A DNA stretch of 62,755 nucleotides, filler included, from Rhabdomonas costata (taxonomy: Eukaryota), in assembly GCA_019059605.1 (NCBI GenBank). It is 41 parts of 41 records of this genome, joined end to end, with 100 filler letters (N's around TTAATTAATTAA, not from the genome) between each part and the next. Parts side by side here need not be neighbours in the genome. Positions count along the whole stretch, not along the records: positions 61,324 to 62,755 come from JAHMHO010016112.1; 40 more parts are not named here. One strand, given 5' to 3'. A program made the position numbers and the translations under genes. A model generated the notes under the pieces. It ran no database searches. It was not told the origin of the DNA and saw only the letters and a program-made list of their open reading frames with translations. Below, piece by piece: positions 62,085 through 62,755 of the stretch (the stretch's first letter is position 1; every line of letters begins with the position of its first letter).

Positions 62085-62357
62085 CTCCGCCGGACGGTGT
62101 TGTACCGCCGCCCGCAATTCCGAAGCTGGTCCTCGCGCAGCACAACGGTGCGGTTGGTGCCATACTGCCCCCACCGGGGCCGGGGCAGTTTGTAGATGGT
62201 GTTGCGGACGGGGATCTTCTTCTTGGGGTTGATCGATATCGTGGCGTTGCCCTCGCTGTCGACGATGTACGAGACCTTCCGCAGGGTGTCCCCGGAGCCA
62301 CACGAGGGGCAGAACTGCCTCATCGTGTCCGTGACAAGCTCATAGCAAGCGTGGCAC
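62085..62357 (-). CDS. NOB1: 20S pre-rRNA endonuclease NOB1, zinc-ribbon exon (3' boundary uncertain)
   Basis: CHACY...QFCPSCGSGDTLRKVS...RNTIYKLPRP...LREDQL. Confidence 0.9.
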
Positions 62358-62491
62358 CTAGGCGCACACACCCCAACTCGGCAGGTAGCTCACCGCGACC
62401 TCGCCACCAAAAGAACACTGCACTTGCTATTCGTTCCCGCCTCCCTGCTAAAAAGCAGCTTGAGTTTAAAACGGCCGTGATGACGGTTCGA

Positions 62492-62748
62492 GGGATCTTT
62501 TTCAGCTGCCTCCAGCATCTGGCACTAGAAATGCAATCATGTGAACTCTTTGCAGGAGATCAAAAGGCGATGCACGCTCCAGAGGGATTCCAGCAAAGTC
62601 GCTGTGGGAAAACGGGTCAGAGGTTGGGAAAACGTTTTGTCCACAATGACTTCGGACCTGGAGCGTGCATCGCCTTTTGATCTCCTGCAAAGAGTTCACA
62701 TGATTGCATTTCTAGTGCCAGATGCTGGAGGCAGCTGAAAAAGATCCC
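62492..62748. repeat. Contig-terminal inverted repeat, 91-bp perfect arms with 75-bp spacer
   Basis: 62492-62582 is the exact reverse complement of 62658-62748; this explains the near-identical ORFs on both strands in the ORF track. Confidence 0.98.
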
Positions 62749-62755
62749 ACAAACA

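Noticed and set aside
6210..62357. Stop-codon reassignment or a non-standard genetic code
   Set aside because: All conserved exons translate without internal stops once introns are removed, Trp is TGG, and genes end in TAA or TGA.
1..62755. Operon-like or functional clustering of the genes found
   Set aside because: Contigs appear to be grouped only by length; adjacency across linkers has no biological meaning.
1..62755. Most short ORFs in the supplied track, and all those ending in X...LIN
   Set aside because: They are intronic, antisense or microsatellite-derived frames, or they read into the linker.
1..62755. rRNA, snRNA, spliced-leader RNA genes and telomeric arrays
   Set aside because: No diagnostic sequences seen by eye; a covariance-model search would be needed to exclude divergent ones.

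Overview
This window is not a contiguous locus. It is a pseudo-scaffold of 41 unrelated contigs of about 1.43 kb, joined by 40 artificial 100-nt linkers (44 N + TTAATTAATTAA + 44 N), so nothing can be inferred across a linker. Most contigs start with G/T-only bases and end with A/C-only bases, several matching the GenomePlex-type universal primer, which points to amplified single-cell DNA. The source is an intron-rich flagellated eukaryote using the standard genetic code. Manual splicing recovers fragments of propionyl/acetyl-CoA synthetase, a SpoU methylase, ankyrin and WD40 proteins, a protein kinase, sialate O-acetylesterase, an ML/NPC2 protein, SDR39U1, DBP7, DNAAF5, a CCCH finger, RRP45, SMC3, type-II 3-dehydroquinate synthase, a cullin, a hybrid histidine kinase and NOB1, plus a decayed Ty3/Gypsy pol. 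NOB1 motifs and degenerate GTnYG-type splice donors suggest a euglenozoan (inference). I found no complete novel multi-gene system. The best leads are a two-exon 79-aa His/Gly-rich microprotein, the intron-containing type-II DHQ synthase, the unusual splice-donor usage including possible GC donors, the Gypsy relic, a Helentron-like terminus and a degenerate hammerhead-like fold. All family calls come from motif recognition by eye; no searches were run.
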